A stretch of DNA of 64,000 bases from an uncultured bacterium (GCA_963727525.1 CAVSGO010000007.1:1189393-1253392), one strand, 5' to 3'. Shown: positions 19,359 through 29,907, numbered from the stretch's first letter. Made by a program: numbers and translations. Notes: generated by a model from the letters alone, not told the origin.

Positions 19359-19386
19359 TTGCCGTCCAGGCGTCCGCATGTTAAAT
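19359..19386 (+). promoter_or_regulatory. Putative sigma70-type promoter for rpmB
   Basis: TTGCCG (19359-19364), 16-nt spacer ending in TG, then TTAAAT (19381-19386), about 38 nt upstream of the rpmB ATG. Confidence 0.4.
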
Positions 19387-19424
19387 TCCCCGGCCCTGGA
19401 ATTCAATGCCCATCGGAGGGTGTC

Positions 19425-19616
19425 ATGAGCCGCAAGTGCTCCGTCTGCGACAAGGGTCCACAGTACGGTAACCGGGTCAGCCACGCGCATAATCTGACCC
19501 GGCACCGCTGGATGCCGAACCTTCAGAAGATCAAGTTCGAGCAGGGCGGCAAGGTCGTCCGCGGGTACGTGTGCACACGATGCATCCGCGCCGGCACCGT
19601 CAAGAAGGTCGTCTGA
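19425..19616 (+). CDS. rpmB: 50S ribosomal protein L28
   Basis: 63 aa [32 protein letters not shown]... is a canonical L28. GGAGGG RBS upstream. Confidence 0.9.
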   Translation: MSRKCSVCDKGPQYGNRVSHAHNLTRHRWMPNLQKIKFEQGGKVVRGYVCTRCIRAGTVKKVV

Positions 19617-19626
19617 GTCCCCTGCG

Positions 19627-21066
19627 TCAGCGAACCCGCTTGAAGACGTGCGTCAGCCCTTTCGACTCCACGAGAGGGCTGGTGGCGCCGATATCGAGCT
19701 TGGCGATCGTCGAGCGCAGTGGCTCGACCATATCCTTCGGATTCACCCACCCGATATCGCCCCCCTGCGCCGCTGTCGGCCCTGTCGAGAAGCGCACGGC
19801 CAGCGAGCCGAAGTCGTCGCCGCGCGCGAGCGCGACCTTGAGGCTGTCGGCCGCCCGCGGGTCACCGGTGACGATATGCATGAGATGCACCTTGCCGGTC
19901 TCGCGTGCGCTGGCGACCTGCGCCCCTTCCGTCGTCAGTTCCCGGCGCCATTGCGCGAGCTCGCCCTGGCTCGATGGGTCGCGCCGGTCGAGTAGGCCGA
20001 CGACCTGCAGCGCATCGTCGTAGCGGCCGAGCTTCTCCAGGATCTGCCCCTTCACCACCAGACCCGACAGCTGTGACGAATCCTGCGCCACCGCGCGGTC
20101 GACCTCGGACAGGGCTTGCTCCAGCTCGCCGACACCCTCGAGGTGGATACCATAGTTGAGGTGGCCGATCGGATCGTCGGGCGCCAGGGTGACGTAGCGC
20201 GCGAATTGCTCGCCTGCCTCGTCGACGTGGCCCTGGATCTCGAGCACGTTGGCCAGGTTGAAGCGGTGCCGCGGCTCCTCGGGCGCCATCTTCACCGCCT
20301 GACGAAGTGCCGCGAGAGCCGAATCGGGCTTGTTGGCCGAGAACCACGCCTCGCCAAGGCCTCCGTAGGTTTCACCGCTGGGTTGCATCGCCACGGCGCG
20401 CTGGAAAATGCCCACAGCTTGCCTGGACTGGTGCGCCATGATCTTCAGTTCGCCCAGCGTCACCAGGTCCCCGGCATTCTCCCCCTCGACATCCATGGCG
20501 TCGCGGAGATGCTCCGCCGCCTGGCCCCAGAGCTGCTTGCGCTTGGCGAGATTCGCGAGCAGACGGTGCAGCCAGGGTTCGTCCATACCCTGGATCTGGA
20601 GCTGGTTGAGCAAGTTGTAGGCCTTGGCGTCCTGGCCCCGGTTCATCGCCAGACGCGCCAAACCCTCGAGAATGCCGGCGTGGCGCTGGTCGAGCGCAAG
20701 ACCCTTCTCCCACTCGGCCTCGGCGGAGTCGAGCTTGCCCGTGCCCAGAAGCGCACGGCCGTACCAGTAATGGGCGTCGGCATTGTCCGGCGCCAGCCGC
20801 GCCGCCTTCTCGCCGTAGTCCACGCCCGCCGCGTTGTCATCCTGCGACACCGCGATCACGGTGAGCGGCAGCAGTGCGTCCACGGAGTCGCCGGAGCGCT
20901 GCAAGCACTCCTTCAGTGCCGGCTTCGCCGCGGCGTAATCCTGAGCCTTGAAGAGCCGCACCCCCTCGCCGCACGGGTCGGCCAGGGGAGCCATGGGTTG
21001 TGCACGGGCGGCGGTGGCGGCGAGGCAGAGCGCAAGGAGCAGGACGGACAGACGGTTCACGGACAT
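19627..21066 (-). CDS. Periplasmic TPR-repeat protein with C-terminal PpiC/parvulin peptidyl-prolyl isomerase domain
   Basis: Signal peptide (MSVNRLSVLLLALCLAATAARA) from ATG at 21066; the TTG at 21099 in the ORF track is less likely. Multiple TPRs, then a parvulin domain (HLMHIV...DDFGSLAVRFSTGP.A.QGGDIGWV....MVEPL). Confidence 0.75.
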   Translation of the reverse strand: MSVNRLSVLLLALCLAATAARAQPMAPLADPCGEGVRLFKAQDYAAAKPALKECLQRSGDSVDALLPLTVIAVSQDDNAAGVDYGEKAARLAPDNADAHYWYGRALLGTGKLDSAEAEWEKGLALDQRHAGILEGLARLAMNRGQDAKAYNLLNQLQIQGMDEPWLHRLLANLAKRKQLWGQAAEHLRDAMDVEGENAGDLVTLGELKIMAHQSRQAVGIFQRAVAMQPSGETYGGLGEAWFSANKPDSALAALRQAVKMAPEEPRHRFNLANVLEIQGHVDEAGEQFARYVTLAPDDPIGHLNYGIHLEGVGELEQALSEVDRAVAQDSSQLSGLVVKGQILEKLGRYDDALQVVGLLDRRDPSSQGELAQWRRELTTEGAQVASARETGKVHLMHIVTGDPRAADSLKVALARGDDFGSLAVRFSTGPTAAQGGDIGWVNPKDMVEPLRSTIAKLDIGATSPLVESKGLTHVFKRVR

Positions 21067-21127
21067 CCTCTCGGGTTTCGCGACGGTGACGCGCTGCAAA
21101 CAACCCCGGATCCCGCTCCGGGTTCCC

Positions 21128-22783
21128 CTAAGCGATCCAGCGCCTCACCGGTCCGAGCCAGAATCCGCGGCTGGCCCACCACCAGCGCGGCTGATCGGGT
21201 CTCACCGCGCGGCGTGCCTCCACCAACCGTTCGGCGTCGGCGCCCCGGCCCTGGCGACGCCAGAGGCCGGCCAGCGGGACGATCCAGGCATCCGGCCACA
21301 CCGCGGCGGGCGGCGCCGCCGCGCTACCCGCGGCCGCCGCAGCCACGAGCCAGAGCGCTCCGGTCTCCTCGTCGGCCGTTCCCACGTCGATCAGCGACTG
21401 CGCCAGCGACAGGGCGGTGTCAGGTTGCCCATCGCGCAGCTCTCGATGAATGGCAAGCTGCTGCCAGGCCGCCGCTCCGGGCTGGTCCGCGGCCGCCTCC
21501 GGCGGAACCTCGTCCGGCGCCTCGGGCGCCAGCCCCATCCGCACGGCGAGTCGCGCGCGCAGCAGCAGCAGACGTTGGTCCTGCCCGGCACTGCCGGGCC
21601 AGTGCGCCACGCCGTGCTCCACACGATCGGTGAGGCCGAGCGTGAGCGCGTATGCCAGCGCGAGAAAGTGCAACTCCACGTCGCCGGTCCACAGCTCCAT
21701 CAGCTCGTCGAGACGCGCGAGGCAACGATCGGGACGTTCGTCGGCGTCGTCGCACGCGGCCAGTAGCAGGGCCGCGCGTGCGAAGTGATGCGGGAGATCG
21801 TCCCAGCCCGCGAGAAGCCTGCGGCTCGCGTCGACATCGCCGAGCAGGAACGCCACCACCGCGCGCAGATAGGCCAGGAAGATCTCCTCGTGCCGGCCCG
21901 CGGCGCCCTCGGTGCGCGGCATGGCGTCGGCGAGGAAGTCGTGCGCCGCCGCGACGTCGCCCTGATCGGCGAGGATCAGGCCTTTCAGGCACACGGCCGT
22001 GCGATAGCGACCATTGATGGCCAGCGACGCGTCCACCTCGCGCAAGGCGTCGTCATCGCGTCCGACCTGGAAGAGTGCCGCAGCGTGTTTGGCACGGATG
22101 TCCGGATACCGCGGGTGCTCGGCCGCGAGTTCGCCCAGCCGGGCGAGCCCCTGCTCCCACTCCCCCGCCTGGCAACGCGCCACGGCATCGGCGAGCCGAT
22201 CTTTCAGGGCGTCTCCTGCCACCTCCTGGCGCAGGAGTCGCGGCAGATCGTTGGGCAGAGTCGTGGCGTCGAATCCGCCATCGCGGGCGAGCACGTCGAG
22301 CAGGCGGTGCGGCACCCGCCGACCCGACTCCACCAGAGCGTCGAGGCTATTCGCGGACTCGCGCTCGCGGTGTTGCGCCTGCAGCGCCGTCGCCTCGAGC
22401 AAACGCGCCTCGCAGTAGTCGGGATTGCGACGCAGCGCCTCGCGCGCCGCCGTGAGCGCGAGCGACCAGTCGCCCGCCAGACCGGCGGCCGCGCCGCAGA
22501 AGAATTGCAGGTCGGGAAATTCGGGCCAGGCGTCAGCAGCAGCCCGCAGGTCGTCGAGCGCACGCGCCGGTTCGCCGGCGCGTAGCAGCCGGCGCCCCTC
22601 GGACATGAGCGCCTTGCGCAGATAGAAGCCCGCGAGGGACCCCCGCGGGCTGCGATCGTCGAGCGCCCCTGCCTCCCGCAGCCGCGTGGCCGCCTCGGCG
22701 TAACGCCCCCCCTCGAAGAGCGCGATGCCCTCCGCGTAGGGATCACCGCCCCGACCACCGAAGAGCTTGCTGAAGATGGTCAT
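21128..22783 (-). CDS. TPR repeat protein immediately downstream of ftsZ
   Basis: ATG at 22783 lies 1 nt after the ftsZ stop (TGAcATG). It encodes more than 10 TPR-like helical repeats. Confidence 0.65.
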   Translation of the reverse strand: MTIFSKLFGGRGGDPYAEGIALFEGGRYAEAATRLREAGALDDRSPRGSLAGFYLRKALMSEGRRLLRAGEPARALDDLRAAADAWPEFPDLQFFCGAAAGLAGDWSLALTAAREALRRNPDYCEARLLEATALQAQHRERESANSLDALVESGRRVPHRLLDVLARDGGFDATTLPNDLPRLLRQEVAGDALKDRLADAVARCQAGEWEQGLARLGELAAEHPRYPDIRAKHAAALFQVGRDDDALREVDASLAINGRYRTAVCLKGLILADQGDVAAAHDFLADAMPRTEGAAGRHEEIFLAYLRAVVAFLLGDVDASRRLLAGWDDLPHHFARAALLLAACDDADERPDRCLARLDELMELWTGDVELHFLALAYALTLGLTDRVEHGVAHWPGSAGQDQRLLLLRARLAVRMGLAPEAPDEVPPEAAADQPGAAAWQQLAIHRELRDGQPDTALSLAQSLIDVGTADEETGALWLVAAAAAGSAAAPPAAVWPDAWIVPLAGLWRRQGRGADAERLVEARRAVRPDQPRWWWASRGFWLGPVRRWIA

Positions 22784-22784
22784 C

Positions 22785-24113
22785 TCAGTCCATGTACTTG
22801 CGCGTGTATGCTGGCGCATTCAGGTCGTCCAGCAGAGCATCGCTGCGGAAACCGCCGCTCTTCGGCCGCGCAGGACGCAGTTCCTGCGCTTCGCCCACCG
22901 GCCTGAGGTACCGCTGCGACGTCTCGTTCGACGACTCCGTCGGCGCCTGCGGCATCACCACCTCGGGCTCGTCGCTGCCTCCGGCCGCGGCCATGGCCGC
23001 CATGGGCTCAGCTTCCTGCACAAGTTCAGGGTCCGGAGCGATCGCCGCAACCGGTTCGGGCACGACCTCGACGACAGGCTCGGGCTCCACCGATGCCAAC
23101 ACCACAGGCTCCGGCTCCGCCACGAACGGCCGACGGTACGCCGGCGTCGTCTGCGCGCTCGCCGGGAAGCCGGTGGCGATGACGGTGACCTGCAGCTCGT
23201 CGCCCAGGCTGTCGTCGTTGCCGTAGCCGAAGATGACGTGGGCTTGCGGGCCCGCCGCTTCCTGGATGTGCTGCATCGCACCCGAGGTGTCCATGAGCGT
23301 GACCTGCTTACCGACCAGATTCACGAGCACCGCCTGGGCGCCGTGGATGTCGACGTTCTCGAGCAGCGGCGAGGCCACGGCCGCGCGGGCGGCCTTGATC
23401 GCCCGCTCCTCGCCCGTCGCCGTGCCGGTACCCACGAGCGCCACGCCCATGCCCTGCATGACAGTGCGGACGTCGGCGAAGTCGAGGTTCACCACGGCCG
23501 GACGCGAGATGATCTCGTAGATGCCCCGCGTGGCCTGGTAGAGCACGTCGTCCGCGGTGCGGAACGCTTCCTGCATGGTGGCCGTGGGCGACACGACCTC
23601 GAGCAGCCGCTGGTTAGGAATGACGATGAGCGTGTCCACATGCTCGCGCAGAGCGGCGATGCCGGCCTCGGCCTGGCGCCGCCGCACGTCGCCCTCGAAG
23701 AGGAATGGCTTGGTGACGATCGCCACGGTCAGCGCGCCAGCCGCCTTCGCCACCTCTGCCACCACCGGCGCGGCCCCCGTGCCTGTGCCGCCACCCATGC
23801 CGGCGGTGACGAAGACCATGTCGGCCCCGTCGACGATGGACGCGAGGTGCTCGCGATCCTCCTCGGCCGCCTTGCGCCCGATCTCGGGATTCCCGCCCGC
23901 GCCGAGGCCTCGCGTCAAACGTGAACCGATAGCCGTAACCTGATGGGCTTTCGAGTCCTTCAGGACCTGCGCGTCGGTATTGATGGCGTGGAATTCGACA
24001 CCGGAGAGCCCAGCCTCGATCATACGATTGACGGCGTTGCCGCCTGCCCCGCCGATGCCGAGCACCTTGATATTAGCCAGCCGCTCGGGGTTGTCGGCAA
24101 ACTGGATATTCAT
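22785..24113 (-). CDS. ftsZ: Cell division protein FtsZ
   Basis: GGGAGNAVNRM tubulin signature and T7 loop. AGGAGGAGG RBS upstream of ATG at 24113 ([22 protein letters not shown]). The long Pro/Glu-rich C-terminal linker ends with a conserved C-terminal peptide ([14 protein letters not shown]). Confidence 0.95.
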   Translation of the reverse strand: MNIQFADNPERLANIKVLGIGGAGGNAVNRMIEAGLSGVEFHAINTDAQVLKDSKAHQVTAIGSRLTRGLGAGGNPEIGRKAAEEDREHLASIVDGADMVFVTAGMGGGTGTGAAPVVAEVAKAAGALTVAIVTKPFLFEGDVRRRQAEAGIAALREHVDTLIVIPNQRLLEVVSPTATMQEAFRTADDVLYQATRGIYEIISRPAVVNLDFADVRTVMQGMGVALVGTGTATGEERAIKAARAAVASPLLENVDIHGAQAVLVNLVGKQVTLMDTSGAMQHIQEAAGPQAHVIFGYGNDDSLGDELQVTVIATGFPASAQTTPAYRRPFVAEPEPVVLASVEPEPVVEVVPEPVAAIAPDPELVQEAEPMAAMAAAGGSDEPEVVMPQAPTESSNETSQRYLRPVGEAQELRPARPKSGGFRSDALLDDLNAPAYTRKYMD

Positions 24114-24219
24114 ATTGGACCGCCTCCTCCTTGAGAAAGGTCCAGCCGCAGAGACTCCTTGTCTCATCTGATTGAATTAACACAAACGGAGCGATTGGCC
24201 AAGGGGATTCTGGGAATGC

Positions 24220-25437
24220 TCAGCGCTTCTTTCCACCCAGCCAGTTCTTCAACCGGTCGACGACGCGCGTCGAACGTTCCGGAACCGACGGCGCTTGCGG
24301 CTCCACCGCGCCGGCGCCCGCCCACAGCGCAAGCCCCAGCGCGGTGGCCCACTGGCCCTCGCCAAGGTGCTCGGCGCCCGGCAGATCATCGGGCAGGAAC
24401 CGCGGCTGCACGCTCATGCCGAAGACCTCCTCGCACAGCGGCACGCTGCCGTCGCAGCGGCTGCCGCCGCCGGTGAGGATGAGGCCGGCGGCGAGGTCGG
24501 TGAGAGGGCGATCGCTGCCGAGGTCGGACTTGACGAGGGTGAGGATCTCCTCGAGGCGGGGTTCGAGGATGGCGGCCACCAGCCCTGGCGTCTCCTGCGG
24601 GCGATCGTCATCGAACAGCACATCCAGCGATGCCGACTCCACCAGACTGCGCAGCGCGACGCCGCGGGCGCACTTGAGGCGCTCGGCCGCGTCGAGTTCC
24701 ACGCGCAGGCCATGCGAGAGGTCGCGCGTCAGGTGCATGCCACCCCACGGCACGCTACCCACGCCCACGAGGCGGCCGGCGCGCAGCATGGCCCAGTGTG
24801 TCGCCAGACCGCCAATGTCCACGAGCAGCACGCCCGCATCCTTCTCGGCCTCGGAAACGAGGCAAGCGGCGGCCGCGAGCACGTCGACCGCATGGCCGGC
24901 GGCCGTGTAACCCGCCGCGTCGATAGCCTGCTCGACATTGCGCACCACCGAGCGCGAGCCCGTGATGAGGTGCGCCTGCACCTCGAGCTGGCTGCCGGTA
25001 CGGCCGCGCGGATCCACGATGTTGCCGACGCGATCCACCGTGTAGGACACAGGATTCACGGCAAGGATCTGGTGGTCGAACGGGATGGCGAGGCTGCGGG
25101 CCTTGGCGATGACGGCCTCGATGTCGCGGTCGCGGATCGCGCGGGGCGCCGAGCCCACCTGCACCTGGCCGCGCGCCCACACCGAGCGCAGGTGCGGACC
25201 GGCGACGTTGTGGAAGAACGCCTCCACCTCCAGTTCGGCGGCCGACTCGAGGGCGCGCAGCGTGCGCTGGATGGCGCGGCTGCCGGCGCGCAGATCCACG
25301 AAGTCGCCGTCCTGAAACCCCGCGGCCCGTTCGCTTGCGGCGCCGAGCACGGCCAGCCGACCATCGTCGAGCACCTCGACGGCCACCGCACGAAAGACGG
25401 TGGTGCCGAAGTCGCAGGCGACGATGACGTGGCCCAT
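24220..25437 (-). CDS. ftsA: Cell division protein FtsA
   Basis: Actin-fold FtsA with MGHVIVACDFGTT phosphate-1 motif and a C-terminal amphipathic helix. Confidence 0.9.
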   Translation of the reverse strand: MGHVIVACDFGTTVFRAVAVEVLDDGRLAVLGAASERAAGFQDGDFVDLRAGSRAIQRTLRALESAAELEVEAFFHNVAGPHLRSVWARGQVQVGSAPRAIRDRDIEAVIAKARSLAIPFDHQILAVNPVSYTVDRVGNIVDPRGRTGSQLEVQAHLITGSRSVVRNVEQAIDAAGYTAAGHAVDVLAAAACLVSEAEKDAGVLLVDIGGLATHWAMLRAGRLVGVGSVPWGGMHLTRDLSHGLRVELDAAERLKCARGVALRSLVESASLDVLFDDDRPQETPGLVAAILEPRLEEILTLVKSDLGSDRPLTDLAAGLILTGGGSRCDGSVPLCEEVFGMSVQPRFLPDDLPGAEHLGEGQWATALGLALWAGAGAVEPQAPSVPERSTRVVDRLKNWLGGKKR

Positions 25438-25440
25438 GAT

Positions 25441-26250
25441 CTACCTCGCGTCGGCGACCGGGGGTACGAAGGTGATACGATCGGAGAAGCGCAGGTCGAC
25501 GTCGCTTCCGGCGGGCACCTGCGCCTGCGCCATGATATAGCGGTCGAGGCGCGCGCGGTAGTCCTCGCGGCCGACGCGCAGGCTACCGCGTCCGTCCTGG
25601 AGCACGATCGCGAAGCCCTCGCGCCGGCAGAGCACGAAGTCGACCGGCGCCACCGCCTCGAGGCCGGTGGCGGCGAGCGCGTCGACGAGGGCGAGCACGT
25701 CGCTCACCGCCGGCTCCTGCAGCATCCCGTCGCTCGCGAGCCGCGCGTCGACGAGCACGGGCAGGCCCGGCGCCTCGAGGTGCGCCGGTACCGGGAGCAC
25801 GCGGCCGTTCTCCAGCAGCAAGCGCGGTCGGCCTCCCGTCTTGGCGGCGGGTAACTCGAGGACGGGGCGCCACTCCCGGAAATCGACGACCACCGTGCCG
25901 GGCAGCCGCCGCCGTACGCGCAGGTCGCGCACCCAGGGCAGAGCCTGGAGCTGCGCCGCGACCTCGTCGGTGGAGAGGCGGAAGATGTTGTGGTGCAGGC
26001 AGCCTGCGAGGGCGCGCTGGAGCGCCGCCTCTTCGGTGTAGCGATAAGGTCCCGACTCCAGGCGCGTGACCGCGAAGAGGGGTGCCGTGAGCAGCCACCA
26101 CACGGCGACGCCGAGGGCCGCCGCGACCAGGACGGCGGCTGCCCCACGCCCCAGCAGGCGCCGGCGCGAGGCACCGCGCTTCTTGCGGCGCGCCATGCCA
26201 CGCGTCCTCGTATCGGCGAATTCGCCGATGATGAGCGCCGGTCCTCTCAT
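25441..26250 (-). CDS. ftsQ: Cell division protein FtsQ
   Basis: Basic N-terminus, single TM (AAVLVAAALGVAVWWLL) and POTRA-like periplasmic domain. ATG at 26250 overlaps the murC stop (ATGA). Confidence 0.75.
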   Translation of the reverse strand: MRGPALIIGEFADTRTRGMARRKKRGASRRRLLGRGAAAVLVAAALGVAVWWLLTAPLFAVTRLESGPYRYTEEAALQRALAGCLHHNIFRLSTDEVAAQLQALPWVRDLRVRRRLPGTVVVDFREWRPVLELPAAKTGGRPRLLLENGRVLPVPAHLEAPGLPVLVDARLASDGMLQEPAVSDVLALVDALAATGLEAVAPVDFVLCRREGFAIVLQDGRGSLRVGREDYRARLDRYIMAQAQVPAGSDVDLRFSDRITFVPPVADAR

Positions 26251-27611
26251 GGCGTGGCCCGCTCGTCGAGATGCGAGGTGATCGTGTCCACGAGGCGACC
26301 GATGTCGCCCGCGCCGAGAGTGAGTAGCAGATCGCCAGACTGCACCTGATCGTCGAGCCACGCCGGCACGTCGCGCGGGCTCGCGAGGACGGTGACGACG
26401 CCGGCGTCCTTCTCGCGCAGGCCGTCGGCGATGAGATCGCTGGTCACGTCGCCTGGGTCGACTTCGCTCGCCGCATACACCGGCAGCAGGGCCACGGTGT
26501 CCGCACCGGCAAGGGAATCGGCGAACTCGCGCTGAAACCGCCGCGTGCGCGAGTAACGATGGGGCTGAAAGAGCACGGCCACGCGCCGGTCGAAGCTGCG
26601 CGCCACTTCCATGGTGGCCTGGATCTCGGTGGGGTGGTGCCCGTAGTCGTCGAGCACGAGCACGTCGCCGTGCACGCCGCGATTCTCGCAGCGGCGACCC
26701 ACGCCGCGAAACCCGGACAGTCCGCGCGCGATGGACGCGAAATCCACGCCCAGCTCCAGTCCCACGGCCACAGCCGCGAGCGCATTGCGCAGATTATGGC
26801 TTCCGCGCACCGGTAGCTCGATCGTCCCCAGTTCCTCGCCGAAGGCATGCACCACGGTGCGTTGCGCCGTGACCTCGGCGCGGACCTGCGCCTCGGTCGT
26901 CAGTCCGTACGTGAGGACCTTGCGATCCAGGCGCGCGGCGAGGGCGCGGACCTCGGCGTCGTCGTGACAGAGCACGGCGGTGCCGTAGAACGGCACGCGC
27001 GCGAGGAAGGCGGAGAAGGCCTCGCGCAGATGGTCGAGATCGGGATAGAAGTCGACATGCTCGAGGTCGATGTTCGTGACCACCGCGATGGTGGGGCTCA
27101 GGCGCAGAAAGGTACCGTCGCTCTCGTCGGCCTCGGCCACCAGGTACTCGCCCTTGCCGAGCTGCGCGTTGGTGCCCGTGGCCAGCACCTTGCCGCCCAC
27201 GATCACCGTGGGGTCGATCCCCCCCTCGCCCAGCACCGCCGCCACCATGCTCGTGGTGGTGGTCTTGCCATGCGAACCGGCGATGGCCACGCCGTACTTC
27301 AGACGCATCAGCTCGGCCAGCATGTCGGCGCGGCGGATCACGGGGATGCGGCGATTGCGCGCCGCGCGGATCTCGGGGTTGGCATCGGTGACGGCGGACG
27401 AGTAGACGACGACATCCGCCCCCGTGACACGGTCGGCGCCGTGACCGACGAACACGCGCGCGCCGAGCTCGCTCAGGCGCCGGGTGGTGGCGGTCTCGTG
27501 CAGATCACTGCCGCTCACGCGGAATCCAAGGTTGAGCAGGATCTCGGCGATGCCGCTCATCCCGACGCCGCCGATGGCTACCAGGTGGATGTGACGGGTG
27601 TTGCGAAACAT
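26247..27611 (-). CDS. murC: UDP-N-acetylmuramate--L-alanine ligase
   Basis: MFRNTRHIHLVAIGGVGMSGIAE... with Mur ligase motifs. ATG at 27611 has a GGAGG RBS. The ORF-track 5' extension to 27848 is rejected. Confidence 0.9.
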   Translation of the reverse strand: MFRNTRHIHLVAIGGVGMSGIAEILLNLGFRVSGSDLHETATTRRLSELGARVFVGHGADRVTGADVVVYSSAVTDANPEIRAARNRRIPVIRRADMLAELMRLKYGVAIAGSHGKTTTTSMVAAVLGEGGIDPTVIVGGKVLATGTNAQLGKGEYLVAEADESDGTFLRLSPTIAVVTNIDLEHVDFYPDLDHLREAFSAFLARVPFYGTAVLCHDDAEVRALAARLDRKVLTYGLTTEAQVRAEVTAQRTVVHAFGEELGTIELPVRGSHNLRNALAAVAVGLELGVDFASIARGLSGFRGVGRRCENRGVHGDVLVLDDYGHHPTEIQATMEVARSFDRRVAVLFQPHRYSRTRRFQREFADSLAGADTVALLPVYAASEVDPGDVTSDLIADGLREKDAGVVTVLASPRDVPAWLDDQVQSGDLLLTLGAGDIGRLVDTITSHLDERATP

Positions 27612-27633
27612 GATGCCTCCGTGCCCCTCGATC

Positions 27634-28737
27634 CTACGCCGCCGGCGCTCCCGATGCCAGCCGCAAAACGTCGGCGGCAATATCGGCGGCCGCGCGCGGC
27701 CGCGCCAGGCTGGCGGCGGCCGTCGCCATCGCGGCCAGGCGGGCGCGATCGCCGACGATGGCCTCGACCATGGGCGCCAGCGTGTCCGCGCGGCAATCGC
27801 GGTCCTCCAGCACGACGGCGGCGCCGGCCGCCTCGCGGGCGCGGGCATTGCGGAGCTGGTGATCGTCGGTCGCGTGCGGGAAGGGCACCAGTACCGCCGG
27901 ACGGCCGGTCACGGCCAGCTCGGCCAGCGTCATCGCGCCAGCCCGACACACCACGAGGTCGGCCCAGCGCAGCCCGGGCGCCATGGCATCGATGTAGGGC
28001 ATCACGCGTACCCGCGCCGGCGACCAGGCGGCGAATGCCGCCGCCACCTCCGCATGGGCGGTGGGGCCCGTCTGCACGACGAGCGCGAGGTCGCCTCGTT
28101 GCCGCCACCGCGGCGCGATCGCCGCCAGGGTTTCATTGAGCGTGCGGGCGCCGCCGCTGCCGCCGACGACGAGCACGCGCACATCGCCCTGCGGCAGATC
28201 AGGCGCCGTCGCCGTACCCGCGCTGAAGGCCGCGCGCACGGGATTGCCGGTCAGCACGCAACGTGCGGCCGGCAGCCAGCGCCGCGCCGCCTCCTCCCCC
28301 AGATAGATGCGCTGCGCCCATCGCGCGGCGAGTCGGTTGGCCGATCCGGGCACCGCATTCTGCTCCTGGATCGCGCAGGCGATGCCGCGCGCACGCGCCG
28401 CCGCCATCACCGGGCCGGTGACGTAGCCGCCGGTGCCGAGCACCACCTGCGGACGCCAGCGGCCGAGCAGCACCCACGCCGCGAGCGCCCCGCGGCCGAA
28501 GTTTCCCAGGAACCGCGTGCGAGCCACCGCACCGAGGCCGCGAAAGCCCGAAGCCGGCACCGCATGGAATGGCAGACCGGCGTCGGTGGCGAGGCGGCGC
28601 TCGATACCCCCCGGCGTGCCCGCGAAACGGATCTCGATGGTCGGCGCCTGTGCGCGCAGCGCCTCTGCGATGGCCAGCGCGGGGTAGACGTGCCCCCCCG
28701 TACCACCACCGGTGAGCAGCACGCGCGGCGCGGTCAC
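27634..28737 (-). CDS. murG: UDP-GlcNAc:undecaprenyl-PP-MurNAc-pentapeptide GlcNAc transferase
   Basis: LLTGGGTGGHVYPALAIAEAL N-terminal motif. GTG at 28737 overlaps the ftsW stop (GTGA). Confidence 0.9.
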   Translation of the reverse strand: MTAPRVLLTGGGTGGHVYPALAIAEALRAQAPTIEIRFAGTPGGIERRLATDAGLPFHAVPASGFRGLGAVARTRFLGNFGRGALAAWVLLGRWRPQVVLGTGGYVTGPVMAAARARGIACAIQEQNAVPGSANRLAARWAQRIYLGEEAARRWLPAARCVLTGNPVRAAFSAGTATAPDLPQGDVRVLVVGGSGGARTLNETLAAIAPRWRQRGDLALVVQTGPTAHAEVAAAFAAWSPARVRVMPYIDAMAPGLRWADLVVCRAGAMTLAELAVTGRPAVLVPFPHATDDHQLRNARAREAAGAAVVLEDRDCRADTLAPMVEAIVGDRARLAAMATAAASLARPRAAADIAADVLRLASGAPAA

Positions 28738-29906
28738 GACCGGCCCGGCAACCAGTTCTGGCGCCACTGCTGGTAGCTGCGTCCCTGGCGCTCGATGCTC
28801 AGGATGATGCCCACGGCCGCGAGGTTGGACACCAGCGCCGACCCGCCGTAGCTGACGAACGGCAGCGGCACGCCCATCACCGGGATCATGCCCGTCACCA
28901 TGCCGATGTTCGTGAAGCCGTAGACGGCAATCATGGCACTCAGGCCCGCGGCGACGAGGCGTCCGAAGGTGTCCTGCGCGCGCTGCGCGATGCCCAGGCC
29001 GCGCCACGCGAAGATCAGCAGCGCCACCACCACGATGACGGTGCCGATGAGACCCAGTTCCTCGCCGAGGTAGCTGAATGCGAAGTCGGTGTGCTGCTCC
29101 GGCAAGAAGGAGAACTTGTTGTGGCTGTTGCCCGGACCCAGCCCGTGCCAGCCGCCGGCGCCCAGGCCGATGAGCGACTGGTGCACCTGGTAGCCGAAAG
29201 GCGGCTCGTCGCCGCGGCCCTCGCCGAGCCAGCCGAGGCGCCAGGCGTCGATGCGCGTGTGCAGCTTGGACACGGCGAGGTAGCCTGCAGTGGTGCACAG
29301 CACCGCCGCCGGCGGCACCAGCGCGAGGAGACGCCAGGAGAGACCCGCCAGCAAGACCACGAGCAGAGTGCTGATCGCCACCACCACCACGTTGCCGAAA
29401 TTGGGCTGCAGGATGAGGATCACCATGAGTACGCCCGGTCCCGCCGCGAGGGTGCGCAGCAGGTTGCGCCAGGCCAGGGGCTCGGTGACGGCTGGCGCGC
29501 CGAGCCGCGCGGCGAGGAAAATCACCACGGCGATCTTCGCCACCTCGAGCGGCTGCACGGGGAAGAGTCCGAAGAAGGAAAACCAGCGCTCGATGCCCGC
29601 CTGCTTGCCGATCACCGGGATAGCCGTGAGCAAAAGCCCCACCGCCAGCACGCTCCAGTACACGAAAGGCCGCCGCAGGAACCCGAGGTCGAGGCTCGCG
29701 AGCACCACCAGCGCCACCAGACCCAGCGCCAGGCGCACGAGCTGCTTGACGAGGTAGTAATATTGCCCGAGCGAACCCGCCTGAGCCTCGGGCCGGAAGC
29801 TCCCGGCGCCGTATACGGCGAGGGTGCCGAGGATGCAGAGCGCAAGCACGGCGAAGAGCAGCATGCGATCGCCGTCGCGGAAGATGCGCAGCAAGCGTCC
29901 GCCCAC
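28734..29906 (-). CDS. ftsW: SEDS-family peptidoglycan glycosyltransferase FtsW
   Basis: 10-TM SEDS protein, placed between murD and murG as in dcw clusters. GTG at 29906. Confidence 0.85.
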   Translation of the reverse strand: MGGRLLRIFRDGDRMLLFAVLALCILGTLAVYGAGSFRPEAQAGSLGQYYYLVKQLVRLALGLVALVVLASLDLGFLRRPFVYWSVLAVGLLLTAIPVIGKQAGIERWFSFFGLFPVQPLEVAKIAVVIFLAARLGAPAVTEPLAWRNLLRTLAAGPGVLMVILILQPNFGNVVVVAISTLLVVLLAGLSWRLLALVPPAAVLCTTAGYLAVSKLHTRIDAWRLGWLGEGRGDEPPFGYQVHQSLIGLGAGGWHGLGPGNSHNKFSFLPEQHTDFAFSYLGEELGLIGTVIVVVALLIFAWRGLGIAQRAQDTFGRLVAAGLSAMIAVYGFTNIGMVTGMIPVMGVPLPFVSYGGSALVSNLAAVGIILSIERQGRSYQQWRQNWLPGRS

Positions 29907-29907
29907 G

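Noticed and set aside
26247-27848. Long N-terminal extensions on murC (to 27848), murG (to 29298), murF (to 34077), murE (to 35449), nusB (to 58405), ribBA (to 60073), ribE (to 60840), rsmH (to 38887) and GT4 (to 57399) in the ORF track
   Set aside because: The extensions are Pro/Arg/Ala-rich, overlap the upstream gene and precede conserved N-terminal motifs. Internal starts coinciding with ATGA/GTGA stop overlaps or an RBS were chosen instead.
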